A DNA stretch of 38,894 bases from Leptospirales bacterium. Its GTDB lineage: Bacteria; Spirochaetota; Leptospiria; Turneriellales; JAOUFE01. Of the stretch, positions 19,684 to 28,792 are shown piece after piece. The notes beneath the pieces are model-generated. The model was not told where the DNA came from, searched no databases, and saw only the letters and a program-made list of their open reading frames with translations. Made by a program: the position numbers and the translations under genes. The stretch is from NCBI GenBank assembly GCA_040326155.1, contig JBEQLE010000041.1, positions 1 through 38,894 of the forward strand. The letters run 5' to 3'. How positions within the stretch are numbered: position 1 is the stretch's first letter; every line of letters starts with the position of its first letter.

Positions 19684-21051
19684 ATGGATGATATAGTCTC
19701 ATTAATTCTTATTGTTGGTATTCTTGGTGTGGTGGCCCTTTTTGCGTTTTACCTTGTAAAAACCTATGTTCTGCCTAAACAAATTGGTGAACTGGCCGAA
19801 TTAATCGCGAATGGCCAGGCTGCAATTGCAATACGAAAACTTCAGACTCTTGTTGAAGAAGATGATCACAATAGTTACCTACATTTTTTACTGGGAGAGG
19901 CCCATTCGGCGCTGGAAAATACCCAGGAAGCTATTATGGAATATAAAGCAGCTCTGAAATATTTAGGCCAGGACCCCAGAGCAAAAGAAGAGATCATTCG
20001 TAACAGGCTGGCTAAAAAACACCTGGAAACTCGAAACTTCAATGAAGCGAAAAAAGAGTATTTAATTTTAACAAAAATAAGCCCGGATGATCCTGAAAAT
20101 TTTTATCAGGTTGGCATTTTATTTGAAAATGCTGGCATCAGCGAAAAAGCGTTGCCATACTTTATTCAAGCCGTTAAAATTAAACCAACACATGAAGACG
20201 CACAATTTCATATCGGTGTTATCAATTACAATCACAAAAATATTCGAGACGCCAGAGAAGCGCTTACAGAAGCGATTAAAGCCAACCCAAAACACCATGG
20301 GGCTCATTACTATCTAGGGCAATGTCTACGCTCTGCAAAAGATTTAGATTGGTCTATAAAAGAGTTCGACACCGCAGCCAAAGACGAAAGCTGGAAAGGG
20401 CGAGCCTTGCTGGGCAAGGCACTTTGTTTATATGAAAAAGGGGCGTTTCCCCAGGCCGTCGCTGAGTTGCAAACCGCGTTAAATTTTTCTGGTGGTTCAA
20501 GTGAATTGAAACTGAATATTTACTACTCCATGGCTGCGGCGGCAGAAAAAATGCGCGATTTTACCATGGCAATTGCAAACTGGGAAAAAATTATGGACAT
20601 TAACCCCAGGTTTCGCGACGTAAGTGATAAATTAGCCAAATACGAAGAATTCCGTGTACATGACTCTATTAAAGATTTCATGATCGCTTCGCCGGGTAAA
20701 TTTGAACGAATTTGTCGCGATATGGTCGAAGGCGAAGGATACCACGTAAGTGACCTCTCGGTTGTTTCAGACGGAGAAGTAAATTTGATCGCATCAGATG
20801 CTGCCGAAGGTACTGGATGGCGCAGCTCGAAAAGACCGACCACTCTATTTATAATTTACCGCACAACGGAACCCATACAAGAAAAAGACATACGAGCTTT
20901 GCATGAAAATATAAGGCAAAAAGGTATTACCCGGGCGGTTTGTATGACTACCAGCGAATTTACAGCACAGGCCGAAATTTTTTGTCAATCACGACCCATC
21001 GAATTAGTAGAACGAAAAGGAATTATAAATAAGCTAAGGCAATTTGTTTAA
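19684..21051 (+). CDS. Membrane-anchored TPR protein with C-terminal Mrr-like restriction-endonuclease fold
   Basis: N-terminal TM, multiple TPRs, C-terminal FERIC...MTTSEFTAQA...RPIELV typical of Mrr_cat. Confidence 0.8.
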   Translation: MDDIVSLILIVGILGVVALFAFYLVKTYVLPKQIGELAELIANGQAAIAIRKLQTLVEEDDHNSYLHFLLGEAHSALENTQEAIMEYKAALKYLGQDPRAKEEIIRNRLAKKHLETRNFNEAKKEYLILTKISPDDPENFYQVGILFENAGISEKALPYFIQAVKIKPTHEDAQFHIGVINYNHKNIRDAREALTEAIKANPKHHGAHYYLGQCLRSAKDLDWSIKEFDTAAKDESWKGRALLGKALCLYEKGAFPQAVAELQTALNFSGGSSELKLNIYYSMAAAAEKMRDFTMAIANWEKIMDINPRFRDVSDKLAKYEEFRVHDSIKDFMIASPGKFERICRDMVEGEGYHVSDLSVVSDGEVNLIASDAAEGTGWRSSKRPTTLFIIYRTTEPIQEKDIRALHENIRQKGITRAVCMTTSEFTAQAEIFCQSRPIELVERKGIINKLRQFV

Positions 21052-22754
21052 TGAATCCATTTAAATTTCCACCGGCATTTTACGGCCTGAGTCGGCATGA
21101 AAAAACCGTCTTAGAAAAACTCCCCTGGAAAATTGCCAGAGTAAAAGATGTCGAGAGTAAAGAGGTCGCTTTTTTTGTCAGAAATGGCCGAATAAAATCA
21201 AGTGACAATCGCTTAATAGGAGACTGCGAAGAGTTGCTCGGAGTTATTCCCTTTTGTGAAAACACTCGACAAAAATACGAAGAAGTAGACAAAAGTGAAG
21301 TTGTTTATATACTCACGTCAGAATTAGCCAAGTTCTTTTTACGATATCCAAAAGCCATGCAATCGTTTATTAAAATGCATGAAAACAAAGGGCGCAATGT
21401 ATTATCGCGATGGAAAGATTTCAGTCGTGTATGGAGTTTTATTTCGCAGGACTCATCCTGGCAAACACTGCATACGGCCTGTCAAACGGGGCGCTTTTTA
21501 ACAGATCAAGCGAAGCAATCCTGCCTTTTTCTGGAGTTTCAAGCCGAAGGTCTAAGTATCTTTTCTTTGCTGGACAGTGAAATTCCACCCGCCTTATTGC
21601 AAAGAGATGAAAATGAAGTTAACCTGAAAGACATATTAAAAAAGCGTATTAAAAAAATAAACGGCCTGGATACTTTAAACATACAACATCTCTCCTACTG
21701 GAAAATGACACGGGCGCAATGGGCGAGTCTATTTTTAGAGTTGCAAAGCAAGTATAAAAATCTGATTGTACATATGGGAGAATCTCCCATTGAATTTCTG
21801 ATGGAAGAATCTGACGCTATTTTTCTTTTTAAGAATGGGCAAGATATTAAAACCACTGGGCCGAGCAACGCTCACCTGCCCGTGTTAATGCCCTTATGCA
21901 GAGAAATACAGACGGATCAAAAAACACCCGCAAACGGTCAAATTCCTTACCCGTTGGACGCAGGTAAACTGGTCGACGTGAAAAATCTTCCCAAAACAGA
22001 AAGCCTCGATGACAAATACTGGGAATGGCTGCACAAACATATTGGTTCAACAATATTGCGAAAAGACGCTGCAGTTATATCGGGTGCAGAAATTCAAAAT
22101 GAAACTGAAATTTTAAATGCAGAGAAACAACTACCTTTTTTAAAAGAGAAATCATTTTCACAAGACACTCTGGTTATTGCAGAATCTACAACAAGCCTTT
22201 CTGCCTACCTTGCAAATTCCGAATATACCGATGAGCTTACAAAAAATATAAAATCCGAATCGTTAACTTACGACCTTATTAAAAACCTGAAACCGGTTTT
22301 TCCTGAATCTGGTTTCTATTCCAGTAAAACGTTTTATAAATTTTTTGGAAAGAAAATGCGACAAGAGTATATGGGCGTCAATAAAGTGGTGTTTGTCGGG
22401 TTTGATTATAAAAACGAAACTGTCTGCCTTTTCTCCAGGGGGAAAGTTTTAGACAATTTAGAACAGTCCATGTTTCCACCGGGAATTCTCGACAATAGCG
22501 CATCTCATTTTGCCGTGCAAAAAAAGAACAGAGCCCATCTTCTTGCCTACCTTTTCAGGTACGGGCTAAACAAAGTAAATTTTTATGAGCTGGAAACGGA
22601 AAAACCATCTCCGAAAAAGACATTCCTACACACCCTGCTTGGTACATTTTATGGAATAAAAAATGAAACGGTAAATATTGGCGGTATGCTGGCCAGTCAT
22701 AATAACATTATTATTACCGAAAACCAGGATGAGTCAGTTGAGTCTAAAACTTAA
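21051..22754 (+). CDS. Degenerate cNMP-binding / patatin-like protein (probable pseudoenzyme)
   Basis: C-terminal PVFPESGFYS and FSRGKVLDNLEQSMFPPGI resemble patatin segments; GGGxR, GxSxG and DGG motifs are absent. Confidence 0.5.
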   Translation: MNPFKFPPAFYGLSRHEKTVLEKLPWKIARVKDVESKEVAFFVRNGRIKSSDNRLIGDCEELLGVIPFCENTRQKYEEVDKSEVVYILTSELAKFFLRYPKAMQSFIKMHENKGRNVLSRWKDFSRVWSFISQDSSWQTLHTACQTGRFLTDQAKQSCLFLEFQAEGLSIFSLLDSEIPPALLQRDENEVNLKDILKKRIKKINGLDTLNIQHLSYWKMTRAQWASLFLELQSKYKNLIVHMGESPIEFLMEESDAIFLFKNGQDIKTTGPSNAHLPVLMPLCREIQTDQKTPANGQIPYPLDAGKLVDVKNLPKTESLDDKYWEWLHKHIGSTILRKDAAVISGAEIQNETEILNAEKQLPFLKEKSFSQDTLVIAESTTSLSAYLANSEYTDELTKNIKSESLTYDLIKNLKPVFPESGFYSSKTFYKFFGKKMRQEYMGVNKVVFVGFDYKNETVCLFSRGKVLDNLEQSMFPPGILDNSASHFAVQKKNRAHLLAYLFRYGLNKVNFYELETEKPSPKKTFLHTLLGTFYGIKNETVNIGGMLASHNNIIITENQDESVESKT

Positions 22755-23914
22755 GTTGTATAATAAGCGTTAATTTTTACGTAGCCTTCCGTTAAGTCAC
22801 AACCGTAAAAACGTGAAGAACCTTCACCAACACCAATATTCACTTTTAGAATAATTTCTTCATTGCCCTGTAAGTACCGGGTAAGGACTTCTGAGGAGTC
22901 CTTTTTAGTTATAGCGCCGTCTGCTCCCCAGGCCAGCGAAAACTTACTCTCATCGAGTCGAACATCTGTCGTTTTACCAACGGCCATCCATACACGCCCC
23001 CAGTTAGGATCGCCCTTGTAGATCATGGTCTTTACAAGAGGGGAGTTTACTATGCTTCTGCCAATTTTTTCAGCTTCAGAATCATTGGCGGCACCGTTCA
23101 CATCGACTAAAAAAAGTTTCGTTGCGCCTTCTCCATCTCTGGCAAGCATACGGGTAAGTTTCGTGCAAAGCTCTTCCAGGGTGGTGTAAAACAGTTCTTC
23201 ATCTACCTCACCGGCAAGACCATTCGCGAAAATCGCCAGAGTATCGGACGTAGATGTGTCGGTATCGACGGACAGACGATTAAAAGTTTTATTGGCAGCT
23301 TTACGTAAAAAGCCATCCAGTTTTTCAGAACTTATTTTGGCGTCGGTAAAAAAATAAGATAACATGGTAGCCATATTTGGCTCTATCATTCCGGAGCCTT
23401 TTGCAACCCCAACAAGAACGGCGTCGCCAATTTTCGCGCTAACAAATTTTGGAAAGGTATCCGTAGTCATAATAGACTTTGCAAAGTCGGCAAAATCTGC
23501 CTGTTCATTCAGGTTTTCAGATAAGGAATCAAGAGCCGATACAACTTTTTCAAAAGGTAAGGGATGTCCGATTACCCCGGTAGAGGAGGGAAGAACCGAC
23601 GTTACATCGATGGATAGTTCAGTGGCAACTTTAGAACAAATAGCCATTGCTTTTTTATAGCCATCTTCACCGGTAGCGACATTGGCATTTTTTGAATTTA
23701 CGACAAGAGCCTGAAAAATCCCATTTTCATTGTGTTTTCGTCCAATTTTTATTGGTTCCCCGACAAACTGATTCTTGGTAAATATAGCGGCGCCCGCTGC
23801 TGGAACATGAGAATACACAACCCCCAAATCGAGAGTTGTATCTTTAATACCGCAATTCGTTACATAGGACGAAAAACCTTGAACACTGTATTCCAGAGTA
23901 TCAGGCCTCTCCAT
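22751..23914 (-). CDS. argJ: Bifunctional ornithine acetyltransferase/N-acetylglutamate synthase
   Basis: NANVATG, STGVIG, IMTTDT, KGSGMIEPNMATML, DTSTSD, DGEGATK, DPNWGR and INAYYTT motifs. Confidence 0.96.
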   Translation of the reverse strand: MERPDTLEYSVQGFSSYVTNCGIKDTTLDLGVVYSHVPAAGAAIFTKNQFVGEPIKIGRKHNENGIFQALVVNSKNANVATGEDGYKKAMAICSKVATELSIDVTSVLPSSTGVIGHPLPFEKVVSALDSLSENLNEQADFADFAKSIMTTDTFPKFVSAKIGDAVLVGVAKGSGMIEPNMATMLSYFFTDAKISSEKLDGFLRKAANKTFNRLSVDTDTSTSDTLAIFANGLAGEVDEELFYTTLEELCTKLTRMLARDGEGATKLFLVDVNGAANDSEAEKIGRSIVNSPLVKTMIYKGDPNWGRVWMAVGKTTDVRLDESKFSLAWGADGAITKKDSSEVLTRYLQGNEEIILKVNIGVGEGSSRFYGCDLTEGYVKINAYYTT

Positions 23915-23915
23915 G

Positions 23916-26900
23916 TTACCCTTTCTTTTTTTCAGCTGCTGCGGCCATAGCATCAGCAAAGGCGGAATAACGGTCCCATCTTTCGTGTATGGCGGTCTTG
24001 GCTTCAGCTAAAAAACGTTTGGCATCCTCAGGATGTGTCTTTTTCAAGATACTAAACCTTGTCTCGTTATACAAGAAGTCCTCTAGTGGTATGTTCGGAG
24101 CTTTACTGTCTAAACGAAAAACCGGTTTTCCCTTTTTTGCATAGTCAGGATTATGACGGTACAAAGGCCAGTACCCTGCATCTACGGCTTTTTTCTGCTG
24201 AGAAGCGCCATATCGCATATCATAACCATGAGCAATACAATGACTATAGGCAATAATCATGGAAGGACCGTCGAACTTTTCAGCTTCCATAAACGCTTTT
24301 GACGTCTGGGTATCGTTTGCTCCCATTGCAATTTGTGCAACAAATACATTACCATAATTGATCATTTGCATGCCGAGGTCTTTTTTCATAATCGCTTTTC
24401 CACCTTCGGCAAACTTAGCGTAAGCGCCAATCGGGGTTGCTTTCGACATCTGACCGCCGGTATTGGAGTACACTTCCGTATCCATTACCAACATATTGAC
24501 GTTTTTGCCTGAAGCCATTACATGGTCGACTCCGCCGAACCCGATATCATAGGCCCAGCCGTCTCCACCGATTATCCAGACACTCTTTTGTGTCAAAGAG
24601 TCTACAAGAGTTTCTAACAAACGGGCATCGGAATCTTTAATACCTTTCAGCTTCTCAATAAGAGCATCGACCCTTTTTCGCTGTTCAAATATTTCAGGTT
24701 CATCTTCCTGTTTCGATTCTATAATTTCATTAACAAGTTTATCGCCAATTGCAGAGGATAGTTTTTTTAACAGGTCCGTTGCATGAATTTTCTGCTGGTC
24801 GACTGTCAGTCGAAAACCAAGACCAAACTCGGCGGTATCTTCAAATAGAGAGTTATTCCATGTTGGTCCCCGTCCCTCAGGATTTTTTACATAGGGAGTG
24901 GTGGGTAAATTACCACCGTAAATACTGGAACACCCGGTGGAGTTGGCCATAATCATTCGATCACCGAATAACTGAGTTGCCAGCTTCAAATAAGGGGTCT
25001 CACCGCAACCTGCGCAGGCTCCGGAGAACTCAAACAAAGGCTGTAGATACTGAGAACCTTTTACAGAGTCGTGTTTCACAAGAGTCCGATCAACCTCAGG
25101 AATAGTGGTGAAGAAATCCCAGTTTTCCATCTCTTGTTCTTTTATTGGACCTTCGGGAACCATATTCAAGGCCCGTCGCTCAGGATTTTCTTTATCTTTT
25201 GCGGGGCAGACTTCTACACACAAGTAACAACCCGTACAATCTTCAGGAGCAACCTGAATGGAATAAGCTGAATTTTCAGGAAAATCGTTTCCGATCAGGT
25301 CCATATGTTTATAAGTTTCAGGAGCATCTTTCAGTAGATCTTTATCGTAAGCCTTAATTCGTATACAAGCATGAGGACAAATTAAAGCGCATTTACCACA
25401 TTGAATACAAAGGTCCGTTTCCCACTCTGGAAGTTCTTGAGCAATGTTAGCCTTCTCCCACTGGGTTGTGCCAAGCGGAAATGTTCCGTCAATCGGCATG
25501 GCGCTTACGGGAAGATCGTTTCCTTTACCTTGAATAATAGGGGCAATAAAATTGCGAACAAATTCGGGGGCTTTCGGGGAGACAGCGTCAGGCATCTTTC
25601 GGCCGCTCCCTGCTGTGGCAGGCAGAGTTACCTGATGCAGGTTTTCAATCGTTTGATCAACAGCAACATAGTTCTTTTTGACGATCTCTTCGCCTTTTTT
25701 ACTGTAAGTTTTTTTAATGGCATCTTTAATAGCGGCAATGGCTTCATCCGGTGGTAATACACCAGAAATGGCAAAAAAGGCAGTCTGCATAATCGTATTA
25801 ATACGTCTACCCATGCCAACTTCATTGGCAACTTTATAAGCGTCAATTACATAGAACTTGGCTTTCTTTTCGATAATAGATTCTTGCAAAGGAATTGGTA
25901 AATTATCCCAGGCATCTTCGATTTTATCAACCGTGTTCAGTAAAAACGTGGCCCCTTCTGCGGCTCGTTCCATAACATCGAAACGATCGAGCAGGTTGGC
26001 CTGGTGACAGGCAATAAAGTTTGCTTTCACAACTTCGTATGTACTGCGTATGGGACGTTTACCGAAACGCAGGTGAGAAATCGTCACCGCACCGGCTTTT
26101 TTCGAATCGTATACAAAATAACCCTGAGTATTAAAATCGGTTCCCTCACCGATAATTTTTATAGAGTTCTTATTCGCACTGACAGTTCCGTCTGAACCAA
26201 GACCAAAAAACATTCCACTAATAACGCCCTCTTCTTCGATGGTATAAGACGCATCATAATCGATGCTGAGGTTTGTCACATCATCGGTAATACCTACAGT
26301 AAAAGTCTTCTTGGGCTTATCTTTTTTCATCTCATCGAATATACCCTTGATCATAGCGGGGTTAAATTCTTTAGAAGAAAGACCATATCTTCCACCGATT
26401 ACTTTGATGGTATTCTTGAATTTCTTATAATTTTCGTCTGCGTTGTCGTAAATAGCGCCCATAACATCTACTAACAAAGGTTCGCCAATTGCGCCAGGCT
26501 CTTTCGTTCGGTCCAAAACGGCCACAACTTTCACCGTTTCAGGAAGAGCTTCAATTAAGTGTTTTATAGAAAAGGGACGGTAGAGTCGAACTTTTACAAC
26601 GCCAACTTTTTCATCGTTTTGTACAAGGTATTCAACCGTTTCATGAACAGCTTCAGCCCCGGAACCCATTATAACAATAACTCTTTCCGCTTCTGGATCG
26701 CCAACATAGTCAAATAGTTTATAGGCACGACCGGTAAGTTCTGCAAATTTATCCATTTGCCCCTGAACAATTTCAGGAACTTTGGCGTAAAATTCGTTAC
26801 ACCTTTCTCTGGCTTGAAAAAACACATCGGGGTTTTGCGAAGAACCGCGTATTATAGGATTGTCTGGAGTCATCGCTCGTTTTCTGTGCGCGACAATCAA

Positions 26901-27500
26901 CTCGTCCGTAACCATTTCTCGAATAATTTCATCAGACAGATCATCTATTTTTTGCACTTCATGTGAAATACGAAAACCGTCAAAAAAGTGGAGAAAAGGA
27001 ATTCTCGATATTAAAGTGGAAGCCTGGGCAATACAAGCAAAGTCCATTGCTTCTTGAACAGAGTTAGAAGGCAACATGGCAAAACCGGTAGAACGAACCG
27101 ACATCGCGTCAGAATGGTCTCCAAAGATAGAGAGGGCATGCGTAGCAATGGTTCTAGCCGCCACATGGAAAACCACCGGCGTTAACTCTCCAGCTATTTT
27201 ATACATGTTTGGAATCATCAACAACAGCCCTTGCGAAGCGGTAAATGTAGTTGTTAAACTACCTGATTGCAGAGCCCCGTGAACGGTTCCCGCAGCTCCT
27301 GCTTCGGACTGCATTTCTATGACAGTCGGCGTTGTTCCCCAGATATTCTTCTTACTCATGGAGGCCCAGGTGTCGGACCACTCACCCATGTTCGAAGATG
27401 GGGTAATCGGATATATGGAGATAACTTCGTTTGTTCGAAAAGCTACGCTGGCAACAGCTTCATTACCATCGACGATTATTTTTTCCGGTTTTTTTGACAT
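23916..27500 (-). CDS. nifJ: Pyruvate:ferredoxin (flavodoxin) oxidoreductase
   Basis: DGNEA, YPITPSS, SEAGAAG, two CxxCxxCxxxCP motifs, GACAGCGE, GGDGWAYDIG and YSNTGGQ. Confidence 0.97.
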   Translation of the reverse strand: MSKKPEKIIVDGNEAVASVAFRTNEVISIYPITPSSNMGEWSDTWASMSKKNIWGTTPTVIEMQSEAGAAGTVHGALQSGSLTTTFTASQGLLLMIPNMYKIAGELTPVVFHVAARTIATHALSIFGDHSDAMSVRSTGFAMLPSNSVQEAMDFACIAQASTLISRIPFLHFFDGFRISHEVQKIDDLSDEIIREMVTDELIVAHRKRAMTPDNPIIRGSSQNPDVFFQARERCNEFYAKVPEIVQGQMDKFAELTGRAYKLFDYVGDPEAERVIVIMGSGAEAVHETVEYLVQNDEKVGVVKVRLYRPFSIKHLIEALPETVKVVAVLDRTKEPGAIGEPLLVDVMGAIYDNADENYKKFKNTIKVIGGRYGLSSKEFNPAMIKGIFDEMKKDKPKKTFTVGITDDVTNLSIDYDASYTIEEEGVISGMFFGLGSDGTVSANKNSIKIIGEGTDFNTQGYFVYDSKKAGAVTISHLRFGKRPIRSTYEVVKANFIACHQANLLDRFDVMERAAEGATFLLNTVDKIEDAWDNLPIPLQESIIEKKAKFYVIDAYKVANEVGMGRRINTIMQTAFFAISGVLPPDEAIAAIKDAIKKTYSKKGEEIVKKNYVAVDQTIENLHQVTLPATAGSGRKMPDAVSPKAPEFVRNFIAPIIQGKGNDLPVSAMPIDGTFPLGTTQWEKANIAQELPEWETDLCIQCGKCALICPHACIRIKAYDKDLLKDAPETYKHMDLIGNDFPENSAYSIQVAPEDCTGCYLCVEVCPAKDKENPERRALNMVPEGPIKEQEMENWDFFTTIPEVDRTLVKHDSVKGSQYLQPLFEFSGACAGCGETPYLKLATQLFGDRMIMANSTGCSSIYGGNLPTTPYVKNPEGRGPTWNNSLFEDTAEFGLGFRLTVDQQKIHATDLLKKLSSAIGDKLVNEIIESKQEDEPEIFEQRKRVDALIEKLKGIKDSDARLLETLVDSLTQKSVWIIGGDGWAYDIGFGGVDHVMASGKNVNMLVMDTEVYSNTGGQMSKATPIGAYAKFAEGGKAIMKKDLGMQMINYGNVFVAQIAMGANDTQTSKAFMEAEKFDGPSMIIAYSHCIAHGYDMRYGASQQKKAVDAGYWPLYRHNPDYAKKGKPVFRLDSKAPNIPLEDFLYNETRFSILKKTHPEDAKRFLAEAKTAIHERWDRYSAFADAMAAAAEKKKG

Positions 27501-28140
27501 AAATTTTTCCCTTACATTTTATTAAATATAGCTATAATTATCTTGCCTGAATTACGTATAATATCGAAATACAGCTTTTAAAAATCGTTTTTTTTGCGAT
27601 AGTCCCGGTCAACCTTTTTTTCATAAATCCCAAATTGCATACATCTTGTACTTATTGTATATAAGGAGAAACAGCTCTTAATAGGATAAATACCGTTGAA
27701 AACCGAAAAAAACTTCATTTATATGACACGAGTTTTCTCATCCGACTTTTCGTAAACAATAAAGCTATTTTCCCAGCACCAACAAAACCATTTTGCGGGG
27801 AAAACCGGTTTTTATATTGTCGTGGGTTCGAAGGGCCAGGGGAGAAGGGCGCCGATCTGGAAAGGACTTATTCTACAGTCTCGACATGCACAGGAGCTGA
27901 AATTCCCTGAGAGTAGATCGCCGGGTGAAGGAGAAATCGACAAAAATTCCAGCCCGCTCCGCCGTGTTCGGTGCAGATTAGGCTGGTAGTGATTTGACAA
28001 TTTTTCAAAGGAGGTACAATAGTGTAATAGGAAGTTTTTGGTTTTTTTTACACTATTTTGTACTTTTTTTAAAAAAAGCTGTTTTTAAACTTTTATTAAA
28101 AAATGATTCCCATATTGTGTGATGAATACAAAAATTACAC

Positions 28141-28785
28141 ATGTCTTTACATATCGAAGTTTTTATTACTGGTCCGCTTCAAGTCAGTTGTTCTGTGGTT
28201 ACTGACACTGAAAATAAACAGTCGGTGGTTATTGACCCCGGTGGGTCCACTGATGACATTACAGGCCACATTCAAAGCCAGGGTTCGTCACTAGTTGCTA
28301 TTTTACTGACTCATGCCCATTTTGACCACATTGCGGGACTTACCGGACTGGCATCTTCCAACAAAGAAAAATCTATCGATATATATATGCACGACGGCGA
28401 TCAATATTTAATCGATAATGCTGCCACCCAGGCGGCGCGATTCGGAATGTCCATTAGCCCTAAACTGCCCAAAGTCACGCATAAAGTTACCGACAATGAA
28501 AAACTCACTTTCGGTTCTATAAAAATCGATACGCTACACACCCCCGGGCACTCCCCCGGTTCGGTATGTTACTATTTACCCTCCGAGAAAACCCTATTTT
28601 CGGGAGATACTATTTTTCAAAATTCTATTGGTAGAACAGACCTCTGGGGAGGGGACTTTCAACAATTGATCGATGGCGTTAAAGAGAAAGTTCTTACTCT
28701 ACCCGAAGAGACGATTATTATTCCAGGGCATGGTCCGCAGACTACCGTTCAACATGAAATAAAAAGTAACCCTTTTTTCAAATAA
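28141..28785 (+). CDS. MBL-fold metallo-hydrolase (glyoxalase II/YcbL-like)
   Basis: THAHFDH, TPGHSPGS, FSGD, GRTDL and PGHGP motifs. Confidence 0.93.
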   Translation: MSLHIEVFITGPLQVSCSVVTDTENKQSVVIDPGGSTDDITGHIQSQGSSLVAILLTHAHFDHIAGLTGLASSNKEKSIDIYMHDGDQYLIDNAATQAARFGMSISPKLPKVTHKVTDNEKLTFGSIKIDTLHTPGHSPGSVCYYLPSEKTLFSGDTIFQNSIGRTDLWGGDFQQLIDGVKEKVLTLPEETIIIPGHGPQTTVQHEIKSNPFFK

Positions 28786-28792
28786 TGCAAAC

